From: Mobula hypostoma
Taxonomy: Eukaryota
NCBI RefSeq assembly: GCF_963921235.1
Contig: NC_086118.1
Location: 12,588,001-12,652,000, forward strand
Reading direction: 5' to 3'
DNA: 64,000 nucleotides
Under the pieces are notes generated by a model that did not search any database, was not told the DNA's origin, and worked only from the letters and a program-made list of their open reading frames with translations. Both the position numbers and the translations under genes were made by a program. Shown here one piece after another: positions 40,364-53,200 of this stretch. The stretch's first letter is position 1. Each line of letters opens with the position of its first letter.

Positions 40364-40670
40364 ACTTGGTAAGATCAGTGTGGATGTACCAGTTTCTGTA
40401 CATGGATTGCAGTTAAAATGGATGCGGGAACCAGAATATCTTGCAGCAAGCAAAGGACTGATGAAGCTGTTAGGAAGTGTTGGAGAATGGTGAAACTCAA
40501 ATCTTCACAATTAATAACTTTCAAAACAAAATTGAAACATACTGTACTCAATCACCATCTGTAAACCAGATATCATATGAAATCTCAGTCCGCGACTGAT
40601 TTGCAAGGTTTAAATGTCATTGTGTAGTGGAATTGTTGCTCTGGCAAAAAAAAACTTATAGTGTAAAATA

Positions 40671-41458
40671 TAGTCGGCCCTCCTTATCCGTGAGTTCTGC
40701 ATGCGTGAATTCAACCAACCGCGAATCGAGAAAACCCAGAAGTGCTCTTCCAGCACTTGTTGTTCGAGCATGTACTAACTTTTTTTTCTTGTCATTATTC
40801 CCTAAACAATGCAGTATAACAACTATTTTACATGGCATTTACATTGCATTAGGTATTATAAGTAATCTAGAGATGATTTAAAGTATACGGGAGGATGTGC
40901 GTAAGTTATCGTGGATTGGGATCGGAAAAAAAACAGAAGTTCTCTTACTAAGTAAGTTGGGACAGGTACATTCAATATTATTTAGGGTCAGTTAGTCAAA
41001 TATTTGTCTTAGTATATAGTATATATTTTACCTTTCTATGCATATAAAACACTTAAGAAATGTATGTTTCAGCACCGAGTTCGATCAGTGACAGACCGCT
41101 CCCAAGCACGCTCTCCATCCCTGCCGGGTTGATGTGCTGAATCAAAAACCCAAAACCCCAAAACCCTATAATTAAACCACTGAGTTGCTTAGTAATAATT
41201 GTAGCTTTCTCGGGGCAGGGCCTTTCTCACTTTATCCTTTAAAATTGTTCCAATCGTTGACCGACTGTAGCCTAAAACTTTTCCAATGACCGTTGGTGTT
41301 TCACCTCTTTCTGATCGCTTTATTATTTCCACTTTATTTTCAATTGTGATGGCGATTATTTTCGAGAACAGAAACACTGCGGATTCAGAGCTCCTCCACC
41401 GGGTCCTAATGTCCACCACACCCAGAACCAATCTCTCATGGATAAGGAGGGCCGACTG
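40671..41458 (-). mobile_element. Non-autonomous Tigger/pogo element, MER2-like end, CENP-B-type HTH remnant
   Basis: TIR agtcggccctccttatcc / ggataaggagggccgact; TA flanks; ITIENKVEIIKRSERGETPTVIGKVLGYSRSTIGTILKDK. Confidence 0.92.
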
Positions 41459-41967
41459 TAAAACATTTCATATGATTTGGCATAGGACTTTAGAAACTGC
41501 TTTTAAAGAAATTGAAAATCAGTAGACTTAATAAAAGATGGGATTGGCTTAAAAGTGAACAAAAAGTAATACAGTATTGTTAAAGTCAGAATAAAGTGTG
41601 CCTGTAAAAAGTATTCACCCCCCCCCCCCACCGGAAGTTTTCATGTTTTATTGTTTTACAACATTGAATCATAGTGGACTTAATTTGGCTTGTTGGACAC
41701 TGATCAACAGAAAAAAGACTCTTTCTTGTCAAAGTAAAAATAGAACTCTACAATGTCATCTAAATGAATTACAAATATAAAACACAAAATAATTTATTGC
41801 ATAAGTATTTACCTCCTTCAAATCAGTATTTAGTAGATGCACCTTTGGCAGCAATTATAACCTTGAGTCTGTGTGGATAGGTCTCTATCAGCTTTGCATA
41901 TCTGGACACTGCAATTTTCCCTATTCTTCTTTACAAGCTCTGTCAGATTGCATGGGGATCGTAAGTG

Positions 41968-42320
41968 AATTGAATTGAATTGATATTATTACTTACATCC
42001 TTTATATACATGAGGAGTAAAAAATCTTTACATTATGTCTCCATTTAAATTTGCAATTAATAGTAATTTTTAATAAATAGTATGTACAACAGTACAGTCA
42101 ATATAACATAGAAATACAATTGTATCAGCATGAATTAATCAGTCTGATGGTCTGCTGGCCTGGTGGAAGAAGCTGTCCCAGAGCCTGCTGGTCCTGGCTT
42201 TTATGCTGCGGTACCGTTTCCCGGATGATAGCAGCTGGAACAGATTCTGGTTGAGGTGACTCGGGTTCCCAATGATCTTTAGGGCCCTTTTTACACACCT
42301 GTGTTTGTAAATGTCCCTTT
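41968..42320 (-). mobile_element. Rex1/Babar-like LINE 3' fragment with (AATTC)n tail, inside Tc1
   Basis: gaattgaattgaattg tail followed by 3' UTR and ORF end. Confidence 0.7.
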
Positions 42321-43590
42321 GTAACAGCCCTGTTCAAGTCCAGCCACAAATTCTCAGTTAGATTGAGGTCTCGACTCTGATTTAGCCACTTCAGGGCATT
42401 AACTTTGCTGTTTTTATGCAGCTTTGGCTTTTTACTTGGGGCCATTGTTTTGCTGGAAAACAGAAGTTCTCCCAAGTCACAGTTCCCTTGCAGACTGCAT
42501 CAGGTTTTCCTTGCATTTCGCTGCATTCATTTTACCCTCTACCTTCACAAGCCTTCCAGGGCCTGCTGCAGTGAAACATCCCCACAGTATGATGCAGCCA
42601 CCACCATGTTTCACGGTAGGGGTGGTGTCTTTTTGATGGTGTGCGGTGTTTGGCTTATGCCAAACATAGCGTTTAGTCTGATGGCCAAAAAGCTCAATTT
42701 TGGTTTCACCAGACCATAGAACCTTCTTCCAGCTGACTTCAGAGTCTCCGACATGCCTTCAGGCAAACTCTGGCTGAGATTTCCCGTGAAGTTTTACTTC
42801 CAACAGTGGCTTTCTCTTTGCCACTGTTCCATAAAGCACCAGGAAACTGTTGTATGCACAGTCTCTCAGCCATCTCAGCCACTGAAGCTTGTAACTCCTC
42901 CAGAGTTGTCAAAGGTCTCTTGGTGGCCTCTCTCTCTAGTCCTCTTCTTTCACCATCACTCAGACTTTGAGGATGGCCAACTCTAGATAAATTTACAGCT
43001 GTAGTGTATTATTTTCATTTCTTGATGATTAACTGACTTGGGAAGTTTTCTTGTATCCATCTCCTGAATTGTGCTTTTCATGGTTTTGCTTGGAGTGTTC
43101 ATTTATCTTCATGCCAGGATACCGACTCACCAGCAGTTGGACCTTTCGGATACACGGGTTTTTGTTCCTACAATCAATTGAAACAACTTGACTACACACA
43201 GGTGATCTCCATTTAACTAATTATGTGACTTCTTTCTTTCTTTCTTTTTAAATCTTTTTATTGAGTAAGTATACAAAAAGGTAAGCCATATAAACATTAA
43301 TACAATGTTAAAGTATAATAAAATTCCAAAAGATAACAGTACCAAAAAGAAAATACTACAAACAATGTAATTTAAGCATAAGAAACCAAGATAACATAAT
43401 AGTATACTAGATTTTATATATATCAATGGAAAAAAAGAAAAAAAAAACCCAAAAAAAACCCACCGTGCAACTAACTAAAAGCAAAGCAAAGCAATGGGCT
43501 AACTTGAAACCAAACAGAGTTAAACTTAAAATCACGTCCTCAATCCCGACCTCCATTAAAACAGTGAAAAAAAAACAAGAAGGGTAAATA

Positions 43591-46500
43591 TTACATTAAA
43601 TGAAAATATCGAATAAAAGGTCCCCAAATCTGTTCAAATTTAAATGAAGAATCATAAAGGTTACTTCTAATTTTCTCCAGATTCAAACATAAAATCGTCT
43701 GAGAAAACCAAAAAAAGGTAGTTGGAGCATTAAGCTCTTTCCAATGTTGTAAAATACATCTTTTCGCCATTAAAGTAAGAAATGCAATCATTCTACGGGC
43801 TGAAGGGGAAAGATTACTAGAAATTTTAGGTAGTCCAAAGATAGCAGTAATAGGGTGAGGAGAGATATCTATATTTAATACCTTAGAAATAATATTGAAA
43901 ATATCTCTCCAAAAAGTTTCCAAAGTAGGGCAAGACCAAAACATATGAGTTAAAGAGGCTATCTGCCCCGAACATCTATCACAGAAAGGATTAATATGCG
44001 AGTAAAAACGCGCTAACTTATCTTTGGACATATGTGCTCTATGCACCACTTTAAATTGAATTAGGGAATGTTTAGCACAAATAGAGGAAGTATTAACTAA
44101 TTGTAAAATCTGCCCCCAATCATCCACAGAAATGGTAAGCCCCAATTCCTGTTCCCAATCTACCCTAATCTTATCAAATGGAGCTTTCCTAAGTTTCATA
44201 ATAATATTATAAATCATAGCCGATGCACCTTTCTGACATGGATTAAGGTTAATTATCGAATCTAAAATATATATAGGAGGAAGCATTGGAAAGGAAGAAA
44301 GTATAGTACTTAGGAAATTTCTAACTTGTAAATATCTAAAAAAATGTATTCTTGATAAGTTATATTTATTAGATAATTGTTCAAAAGACATAAGGGAACC
44401 ATCTAAAAATAAATCCAAAAACCGTAAAATACCCTTAGTCTTCCAAGTTTGAAAAGCGCGATCCGTAAAAGAGGGAGGAAAAAATATGTTACCTAAAATA
44501 GGAATCGCTAACCCGAATTGATTAAGATCAAAAAATTTTCTGAATTGAAACCAAATACGCAAAGCATATTTAACGATCGGGTTAGAGACCTGCTTAAGGC
44601 GTTTCGAATCAAAAGGAAGAGATGAACCTAAAATAGAACCAAGTGTATAACCCTGAACAGATTGTAATTCCAATGCTACCCATTTAGGAATAGATAGTAT
44701 ATCCCGGTCAAGTAACCAAAATTTCATATGTCGAATATTAATAGCCCAATAATAAAATCTAAAGTTAGGTAATGCTAAACCTCCATCTCTCTTAGCTTTC
44801 TGTAAATGTATTTTACCCAGTCTCGGATTCTTATTCTGCCAAATAAATGAAGAAATTTTAGAGTCGACTTTATCAAAAAAAGATTTAGGAACGAAAATTG
44901 GTAATGCCTGAAACACATATAAAAATTTTGGCAAAAAAAACATCTTAACTGCATTAATACGACCAATCAAAGTTAAATATAAGGGAAACCATTTAGATGA
45001 AAGTTGGGTAATATGGTCTATTAATGGTAAAAAGTTAGTCTTAAATAAATCTTTATGTTTACAAGTAATTTTAATCCCAAGATATGAAAGGTAATTATTA
45101 ATCAATTTAAATGGAAATTTATAATATAAGGGAAGATGTTTATTAATTGGAAAAAGTTCACTCTTACTAAGATTTAATTTATAACCTGAGAAAAGACCAA
45201 ATTGTGCTAATAACTCTAAAACAGCAGGAATAGATCTCTCAGGATTAGAAATATATAAAAGTAAATCATCAGCATAGAGTGATAATTTATGGGACTTTAA
45301 TCCCCGAGTTATCCCAGTAATATTTGAAGATTCTCGAATAGCAATTGCAAGAGGTTCTAATGCAATATCAAATAATAGGGGACTAAGAGGACAGCCTTGT
45401 CGAGTACCACGAAAGAGAGGAAAAAAAGGTGAGTTTAAAGAGTTAGTACGAACCGAGGCTAGAGGGGAGTGATATAACAGTTTAATCCAGGATATAAATT
45501 TCAAGCTAAAATTAAACATTTCAAGCACCTTAAATAAATAAGGCCATTCTACTCTATCAAAAGCTTTCTCGGCATCTAAAGAAATAACACACTCAGGAAC
45601 ATTTTGTGAGGGAGTATAAACGATATTTAACAATGTACGAATATTATAAAAAGAGTAACGACCTTTAATAAAACCCGTTTGGTCTTCCGAAATAATAGAA
45701 GGAAGTACTTTTTCTAGTCTATTTGCTAATAACTTAGAAAAAACTTTAGAATCAACATTTAATAAAGATATTGGTCTATAAGATGCACATTGAGCAGGGT
45801 CTTTATCCTTCTTTAGTATTAAAGAAATTGATGCTCTATTAAAAGATTCCGGAAGTTTACCAAGTTTCAAAGAAGCCTCAAAAACCTTATAGAGCCAAGG
45901 AATCAATAAAGAAGCAAAACATTTATAAAATTCAACAGTAAACCCATCAGGGCCAGGAGCTTTCCCCAGATTCATAGAAAAAATAACATTCTTAATCTCA
46001 TCCATTGTAATGGAAGTATCTAATAAAGAAGACATATCCTGTGAAATCTGAGGAAAGTCTAACTTATCTAAAAAATCATTCATATATTTAGAATCTCGAG
46101 GAGACTCTGATTGATATAAAGAAGAATAAAAATCACAAAAGGTTTGATTAATCCCCACATGATCCAATATCAATCGATCATTTTGGTTATAAATCTGATT
46201 GATTTGAGATTTAACATAATTAGATTTCAATTGATTAGCCAGCAGCTTGCCAATTTTATCACTGTGAACATAAAAATCACTTCTTGTTTTCTTTAATTGG
46301 TTTACAATCGAGGACGAGAGTAGTAAACTGTGTTCCATTTGAAGTTCAGTTCTTTGTTTGTATAGCTCCTCAGAAGGAGCCATAACATATTTCTTATCAA
46401 TTTCTTTAATCTTGTCCACAATTGCCATCTCCTCCTGCTTCTGTTTCTTCCTCAAAGCAACGGAATACGAAATAATCTGACCCCGAATATAGGCTTTAAA

Positions 46501-47368
46501 AGTGTCCCAAAGAGTGTTAACCGAAATATCTTCTGTATGGTTAATTGTAAAAAAAAGCTCAATCTGTTCATTCATAAAATTAACAAAGTCCGAGTCCTGA
46601 AGCAACAGCGAATTAAAACGCCATTGTCTATTGTTTGGTATATTGGCCATAATTTTAATAGAAAGCTTAAGTGGAGCATGATCCGAAATGGTTATAGAAT
46701 CATAATCACATTTAATCACTGAAGGAATGAGACGAGAATCAATAAAAAAAATAATCAATTCTTGAATAGGAATGATGAACATGTGAAAAAAAGGAAAAAT
46801 CTTTTTCCTGAGGATGCAGAAAACGCCAAATGTCCGTCGACCCAGAATCAGAAAGGAAAAAATTAATCAAATTTGCAGATTTATTAGGTAAAGTCCGTAA
46901 AGGAGCCGAACGGTCCAAAGCTGGAGATAAACAGGTATTAAGATCTCCGCCCCAAATCAATGAAAACTCGTTCAAATTCGGAAACTGATCAAACAATGAT
47001 TTATAAAATTCCGGACAATCCATATTAGGAGCATAAACATTAACCAAAACTACTTTTTTATTAAATAGTAAACCACTAACCAATAAAAATCTACCATTCG
47101 GATCAGAGATAATATCCTGTTGTATAAAAGTAACTGAGGAATCTATAAAAATAGAGACGCCTCGAATCTTAGCATTGGAGTTCGAATGAAATTGTTGTTC
47201 CTTCCAGAATTTGAAAAAATGTAGTCTGTCCCCCCTCCGTACATGGGTCTCTTGTAAAAATAAAATTTGTGCTTTAAGTCTCCGGAACACTTTAAAAACT
47301 TTTTTTCTTTTAATAGGATGATTAAGACCATTAGTATTCCAGGAGACAAAATTAATAATAGACTCCAT
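43591..47368 (-). pseudogene. L1 ORF2 (APE endonuclease, RT, C-terminal zinc knuckle) with one +1 frameshift
   Basis: SWNTNG, LQETH, GGDLN, SRIDY, SDHAP, PGPDG, YRPISL, RQGCPLSP, LYADD, CDRC...HMFWSC; extra base in the A8 run at 46744-46751. Confidence 0.95.
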
Positions 47369-48091
47369 AAATCCTAAAGTCAACCCACAACAAGGAGGAT
47401 TGACAATAGGCGCGACCCACAAACCCGGAGAGGAAACAGAACATACAAAAGATACCGGGGAAAAGGACGCAACCAGTACTTCAATAATGTATATAGCCCA
47501 AAGAAAAACAAACTAAAACGTGAAGCCCCTCCCACCACCCACCACCCCAAGACCCCAAGGCAAAATCTAAAGCAGACCCGCCAGAAAGAAGCAAGCGCTA
47601 AAACTACCCCCATGACTTCCGGTATACGCTCCCTAAAAAAAAGGTATAAATATGAAAAGGATCAGCTAATTGTAAAACAGTAAAAAAATAAGTAAAAAAA
47701 AGATAGCTCAATTAGAATACACACAGAACAGAACAAAAGCCGGAAAATATATATTAAAAAAAACCACAATAAACCTCAAACTCATGAATAGACACAGCAA
47801 CAAAAAAAAAATAGGTTTATTAACATAAAGTGATTATAAAAAGCAAAACAGAATAAAATTTTAAAAAAAACTACAAAATTTAAGGCCGCACAGGAAATAC
47901 GTAAGATGACAAAAGGGAAGTAACCACCCAGAATCCCCTGGGAAAAGAAAGAAATGACGCAGTTAAAAAGAAAGTTTAGCAGCCATATTAAGAAATCAAA
48001 AGTAAACTTTTCTGCCCAAATAGGGCACAGAAAAGTTAAAACCAACCAATTCACAGCCTCCGATCAACGGAGAAAATTAAAAAAAAGGCAA

Positions 48092-48925
48092 TTAAGATGT
48101 TGAAGATGAAAGTTGATCCAGATAACTCTGGGCATCCGATGGAGAATCAAAAAAACGAAGGGCTCCATCTAACATGCGAATCCTTAGACGTGCAGGGTAC
48201 AGCAGCGCTGGTCTTAAATCCATCTTATAGAATTCCGACATCACGGATCTGTAACGGACCCGTTGGTCCCAGATTGGTTTACTGAAATCTTCCACGAATC
48301 GGAACTTAAGATCCGAAAAATCAATGAAACCTTTAGATCGAGCGAATCGAAACAGTCTCTCCTTGTCTTGCAAGTAATGAAAACGTAAGATAACATGCCT
48401 AGGTCTATCTGACCTAGACGAGTATGATGGGATTCTGTGAACACGATCCAGTAGCGGTGGTTGGTCAGGAAATACAGTAGGGAATGCATCTTTTAAAAGT
48501 TGAGAGAAATATTTCATGGGGTTGTTAGCTTCTACGGCTTCCCTCATGCCAATCATTCGTAAATTCTGCCGTCGCATTCTAGATTCCAAGTCAGAGTTTT
48601 TAAAAGTCAAAAAGTCAAGTTTCTTCTTCATTACATTAATTGTTTCTTCGATTTTCCCCATCTTAAGCTCACTTTGTTGCGCGAATTTTTGAAGATCAGA
48701 TATAGCCGACTGATGTTCCGCAATACATGTTTGCATCTTATCAATTAAATCGGCAATTTTCTGGAAATTAGTTGAGATTTCCGTATGAATCAGGTCTTTA
48801 ACAAAGCCTGCAATTTCCGTACGAATCATCTCCCTAACAGAGGTTGAAATTTCCCTCTGAATTAACTCCGATATCGCTTTCAAAGTCACCGGTGATTCAG
48901 TCAGAGGGAGATCCGTAGCTTTCGG
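48092..48925 (-). CDS. L1 ORF1 (coiled coil, RRM, CTD), open but lacking its start codon
   Basis: DLESRMRRQNLRMIG, LDRVHR, PRHVILRFH, LLYPARL; frame is open up to the 5' TSD. Confidence 0.9.
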   Translation of the reverse strand, partial: PKATDLPLTESPVTLKAISELIQREISTSVREMIRTEIAGFVKDLIHTEISTNFQKIADLIDKMQTCIAEHQSAISDLQKFAQQSELKMGKIEETINVMKKKLDFLTFKNSDLESRMRRQNLRMIGMREAVEANNPMKYFSQLLKDAFPTVFPDQPPLLDRVHRIPSYSSRSDRPRHVILRFHYLQDKERLFRFARSKGFIDFSDLKFRFVEDFSKPIWDQRVRYRSVMSEFYKMDLRPALLYPARLRIRMLDGALRFFDSPSDAQSYLDQLSSSTS

Positions 48926-49198
48926 TTAATTATGTGACTTCTAAAACCAATTGGCAGCACCAGTGATGATTATGTGTGTCATATTAAAGAGCTAAATACA
49001 TATGCAATCAATTAATTTGTGTTTTATATTTGCAATTAATTTAGATCACTTTGTAGAGATCTGTTTTCACTTTGACACAGAAGAGTCTTTTTCTGTTCAT
49101 CGGTGTCAAGCCAAATTAAATCCACTGGTTCACTGTTGTAAAACAATAAAATATAAATCCTTCCATGGGTGGGAGGTAAATATTTTTATAGGTGCTGT

Positions 49199-50114
49199 TG
49201 TGATGAAAGGGGGTTACAAAGAGTACACATAGATTAAGATGTTAACTGTCCTGAGCTGGCACCAGTGGGATCAACAGTTGATCTGCCACCTGTCTTCAGG
49301 AGAAAGAAAGGAAGACAATGGAGCAGCATTTGGAAATGTTAATGAAGAGACGGGAGAGTTTAACGGAAGGAGACACGGTCTGAGAGCTGTCAAGACCGGC
49401 TCCTTTTTTTGAACCCTGAACTGTTTGAAGTGCGATGGACAGGTGATACCCCAGCAGGGGGATAAAAAGGGACAGGTTCGCTAAGGCAGGACACACACGA
49501 CACCACGAGGTAACGAGATCCTGGAAGCGGTGCACCTCCCACAAGTCGGTAGGAGTTTTTGGAGGGCTGGTCGTGGGACCAAGCCAGAGACGCACAGGGT
49601 AGAAAGGTACGGATCGGCGGGAACCTGGTGTGTGTGTCCACCCTTGCCTGGGTGCTGGGTTCACCGCGGAAGAACGATCGTATCTGAAACGGAGGGGTCA
49701 CAGTTGGTGACCTCAGAAGACATTACAAAGGGCTCGCCCGAAAGCTGACTGCGAGGAATATCGAAGGTCTGTGTGGAAGCCGTTTTGAATATTCATTCGC
49801 TTTCGCTCTCTCTCTCCTCCCCCCCCCCACCACCCCGTCCACCGGCACAGCAGTGATTACTGTGAACTGAACTTTGCGTCACTTTGAAACTGGTCATTTA
49901 CCCCTAGACGACGATAGAGCTTGATTGATCCTATTACCCGAGTTCTGTGGACATGTATGTTTATCATTGCTGAACTGTTGCATTTATTATTCTTTCAATT
50001 AGAGTACTGTGTTGCTTATTTCTTTAATAAAACTTTCTTAGTTCCAGTAATCCAGACTCCAACTGAGTGGTGCATTTCTGCTGGTTTGGCAACCCAGTTA
50101 CGGGGTACGTAACA
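49199..50114 (+). mobile_element. 916-bp solo LTR, same family as 29830-30687
   Basis: TG...CA ends; 4-bp TSD ctgt (49195-49198, 50115-50118); shared 3' end ggcaacccagttacggggtacgtaaca. Confidence 0.92.
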
Positions 50115-50249
50115 CTGTATATTTGGCTTTGTTTATCATTTTGGATGCTTTCGAAATGAGTGTCCTATGAACAGAATGGTTTGGAGACGTCAGTGGAGTA
50201 CACGGGCTAGACTTGATAAATGCTGACTATTGCAGAACTGGAAGAATAT

Positions 50250-51800
50250 GTCAGAATCATGGAGTCATAAAGCACAGAAACAGGCCACTTGGCCCAACTT
50301 GTTCATGCCAACAAAGATGACCCATCCAAGCTAGTCCCATTTGCCAATATTTGTCCCACACTCCTAATTCATTACCTGTCAACTTGTTTTATAAAAGTTG
50401 CTCTTCTACCTGGCTCAAAGACTTCTGACAGCTGAATACACACAAGTCCTGGCAGAATCCCTGTAAATCTTTTCTGCACTCTCTAGTTTAATAACATCTT
50501 TCCTATAGTAGGGTGTTCAAAACTGAATACAATACTCCAACTGAAGTCACAACAGTGTCTTGTACAACTGTGACATAAGTTCTTAGCTTTTGTACTCAAT
50601 GACCTGACTGCTGAAGGCCAACACGCCAAAGGCCTTGTTAACCATCCTCTGTACCTGTGACTCCACTATAAATGAGCCATCTACTTGTACTCCAAGGTTC
50701 CTCTGTTCGACAACGCTCTCCAGAGCCTCAATATCCTTTGCCATCCAGGATTTCCTACTCCTATCAACTGTGCCCTAACAGGAACATGCAGACAGTGACC
50801 TTGAGCTCCCACTTCCTCACTTTTAAAAGCCCTCCACTTGCCTGTGGTCCTTTTGCCCACAAATAGCCTAGACCAATCAACTATTGCAAGCTCCTGACCC
50901 ATACCATCAAAATTCACCATGCCCCAATTTAGAACTAGAACCTGTGCACCTGTCCCTTTCCATAACTATTTTGAAGCATATACATCTATGGTCCTGGGCC
51001 CCAAAGTGCTCTCTCCCTGTCAGCTCACCTCACTTATCCTGCCACATTACACAGGGGTAGTGTAAGCATCACCCTTTCCCTTGTGGGGTACTCAGATAAA
51101 GATTCCTCAAGCACTTAACAAATTCCATACCATCTAAGCACTTAATAGTTTTGCATTCTCAGTCTAGGTTGGGACAGTTAAAATCTCCTGCTGTGACAAC
51201 CTTATTAATATTGCAATTTCGCACAATCTTTTTGCATGTTTGTCTTCCTAAATACCATTGATTATTCGGGGGCCTATGGTACAATAAAACCTAAAAACAC
51301 ACTGGATGACCTTTCAGTAATTACATCTCTGACCTCTTAATGAAGAGTGAAATTTCCCTCCTAAGCTGCCAGTCCTGTCCCTCCCTTAGCCATGTTTCCA
51401 TAACGGCTATTTTATCGCAGTAACTGCACCATGAATGGTCGTACGCCTGGAGGATGAGTGGGCATGGGGCTAGTAACCCCATCCCATAAAAACCCAGAGC
51501 AGAGAAAGCACCAACAGAGGCTCCAAAAAGCAAATCCCAGGATCTTCCTAAGAAAGTGGGTTACACCAGGGGACAACTTGAAAGATTGGCCCAGGACAGA
51601 AGCCTCTGGCAAGTTGCTGTCAGCAGCCTATGCTCCAAAGTAGGGGTGTTGGGCTTAAGTAAGTTGGTATAATGTTCCAGTACCACGTAGTTATTCAAGC
51701 CCTAAGTTCAACTACCTTATCTGTCAGACCTCTTGCATTGAAATAAATACAATTTAATCCAATAGACTTTGCCCACCCTTGGCAATCCTCCTGCCTGTTA
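50250..51800 (-). mobile_element. Heavily deleted old CR1 LINE
   Basis: 3' tail agaatcatggagtcata; NFDGMGQELAIVDWSRL; IAVMETWLREGQDWQL. Confidence 0.7.
51415..51664 (+). mobile_element. Short non-autonomous RTE-like element
   Basis: RTE-like 5' motif gggcatggggctagtaaccccatcccataaaa joined to a 3' end (ttggcccaggacaga...gcctatgctcc) and a (taag)n tail. Confidence 0.55.
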
Positions 51801-52330
51801 TTCAAATTGCTGTCCTCGATTTAGGCATCACTTTCCAGCCTCTTATTTGCCTCTCTACGTATCTTTCCTAGTTCTGAATTATTTGTGTTTTTCTCCATGG
51901 TAAAAACAGAGTAGAAATATTCATTGCCTGTGACTCCACTTTGATCTTTGAGGGGCCCTATTCTCTTGTTAGTTACTGGAAGTTACCAGAAGAATCGAGA
52001 AGTTAGGGTAGAGAATATGGTCAAATGTTGCATATGCCAGCAGCAAGCTGGGAGAAACATACAAGAATCCAAACTTTCAGATATTCGTTGGCGAACTCTA
52101 GTTTTATTTCAAATGGAAACTTTGCTCGTAAAGATATATACAATGATCGCAATAAAGAAAGTGCCTGGCTTTCTTTACATTCATAGTGTCAGCCAGTCGT
52201 AACATTCCGGATATGCGCATTTGTAGTTACAAGGTTCCATTGCCACCAGTGTGGCCTCAAGAGTTCGAGTGGCCTTTGTTCAGGACTCGGTCCCTCAATC
52301 TCTATTGGTGGCAGGGCATTAAATTACAGT

Positions 52331-52554
52331 AACACGAGGAATTCTGCAGATGCTGGAAATTCAAACAACACACATCAAAGTTGCTGGTGAATGCAGCAGG
52401 CCAGGCAGCATCTCTAGGAAGAGGCACAGTTGACGTTTCGGGCCGAGACCCTTCGTCCTGACAAAGGGTCTCAGCCCGAAACGTCGACTGTACCTCCTCC
52501 TAGAGGTGCTGCCTGGCCTGCTGCGTTCACCAGCAACTTTGATGTGTGTTGGTT
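52331..52554 (-). mobile_element. About 224-bp Penelope-derived palindromic mini-element
   Basis: 92-bp arms 52366-52457 and 52460-52551 (7 transitions), 2-nt spacer, 35-nt unpaired tail; TSD cattaaattacagt / cattaaatta--gt. Confidence 0.92.
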
Positions 52555-52564
52555 CATTAAATTA

Positions 52565-53200
52565 GTCCTTCCTGACAAAGCCTTGCAGTGGCTGCACCAA
52601 AATTCAGTGCGTTCCTTAGCATGTACACCGGCAGCCTGGGATGTGCCGTTCAGCAACAGCCCTTTACAGATAGTTCAATGAGTTGGCAAACCGTCAAGTT
52701 CTGGACAGACCATAGAACAGTACAACTTTCTTAAGATGATGACTTTTCTGCAGCACTGGATGTCCGTCTTGGCGTATGTCTTCAGGAACAGCCTGCAGAT
52801 CAGAACCCTATTATGCCATTGCTCAGTATTAACCTTGTCAAGGGTTCTTGTATTTTTTTGAAGGCCAATACAAATTCACAGTCCATAAAGAAGTGGATAA
52901 TCCTCTCGTCCTCACTACAGATGTCGTCAATGGCAGTGTATGTTGTGGTTTCGATACCAACAGAAATGACCTGCATGCAAGGCTGAACAAAATTGAAGGG
53001 TTCCTGCTGACCCATTCCTTCTCTTTGAACATGTCAGAAAGGTTGAATGATAGCTATTACTTTGTATGAGCAATAAGAACTTGTGCCCTAAAATCAAATA
53101 ACATTCCTCAGAGAATATAGTAGCTGAGAGTCTCTCTTGACGGTTGACCTTTTATACTCCGAAACAGAACGAATCCTGCATTGAAATGCTAATCCACTGC
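52565..53200 (-). mobile_element. Decayed Tx1/L1-clade LINE ORF2 3' end
   Basis: CSEDERIIHFFMDC (zinc knuckle); YMLRNALNFGAATA at the ORF terminus. Confidence 0.65.

Larger units (their letters stand above)
43234..48926 (-). mobile_element. Near full-length L1 retrotransposon
   Basis: 16-bp TSD taattatgtgacttct (43218-43233, 48927-48942); (AAAG)n tail; ORF1, about 720-bp spacer, ORF2. Confidence 0.97.
41596..49197 (-). mobile_element. Tc1-family transposon with about 200-bp TIRs, decayed transposase, hosting nested insertions
   Basis: Inverted ends about 41596-41810 and 48994-49197; WLNQSRDLNLTENLW (WPSQSPDLNPIENLW motif) and [12 protein letters not shown] on the minus strand. Confidence 0.9.

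Noticed and set aside
29830..50114. A single 20-kb provirus bounded by two same-orientation LTRs
   Set aside because: Each LTR has its own complete TSD (ctat and ctgt) and they are visibly diverged, so they are independent solo LTRs.
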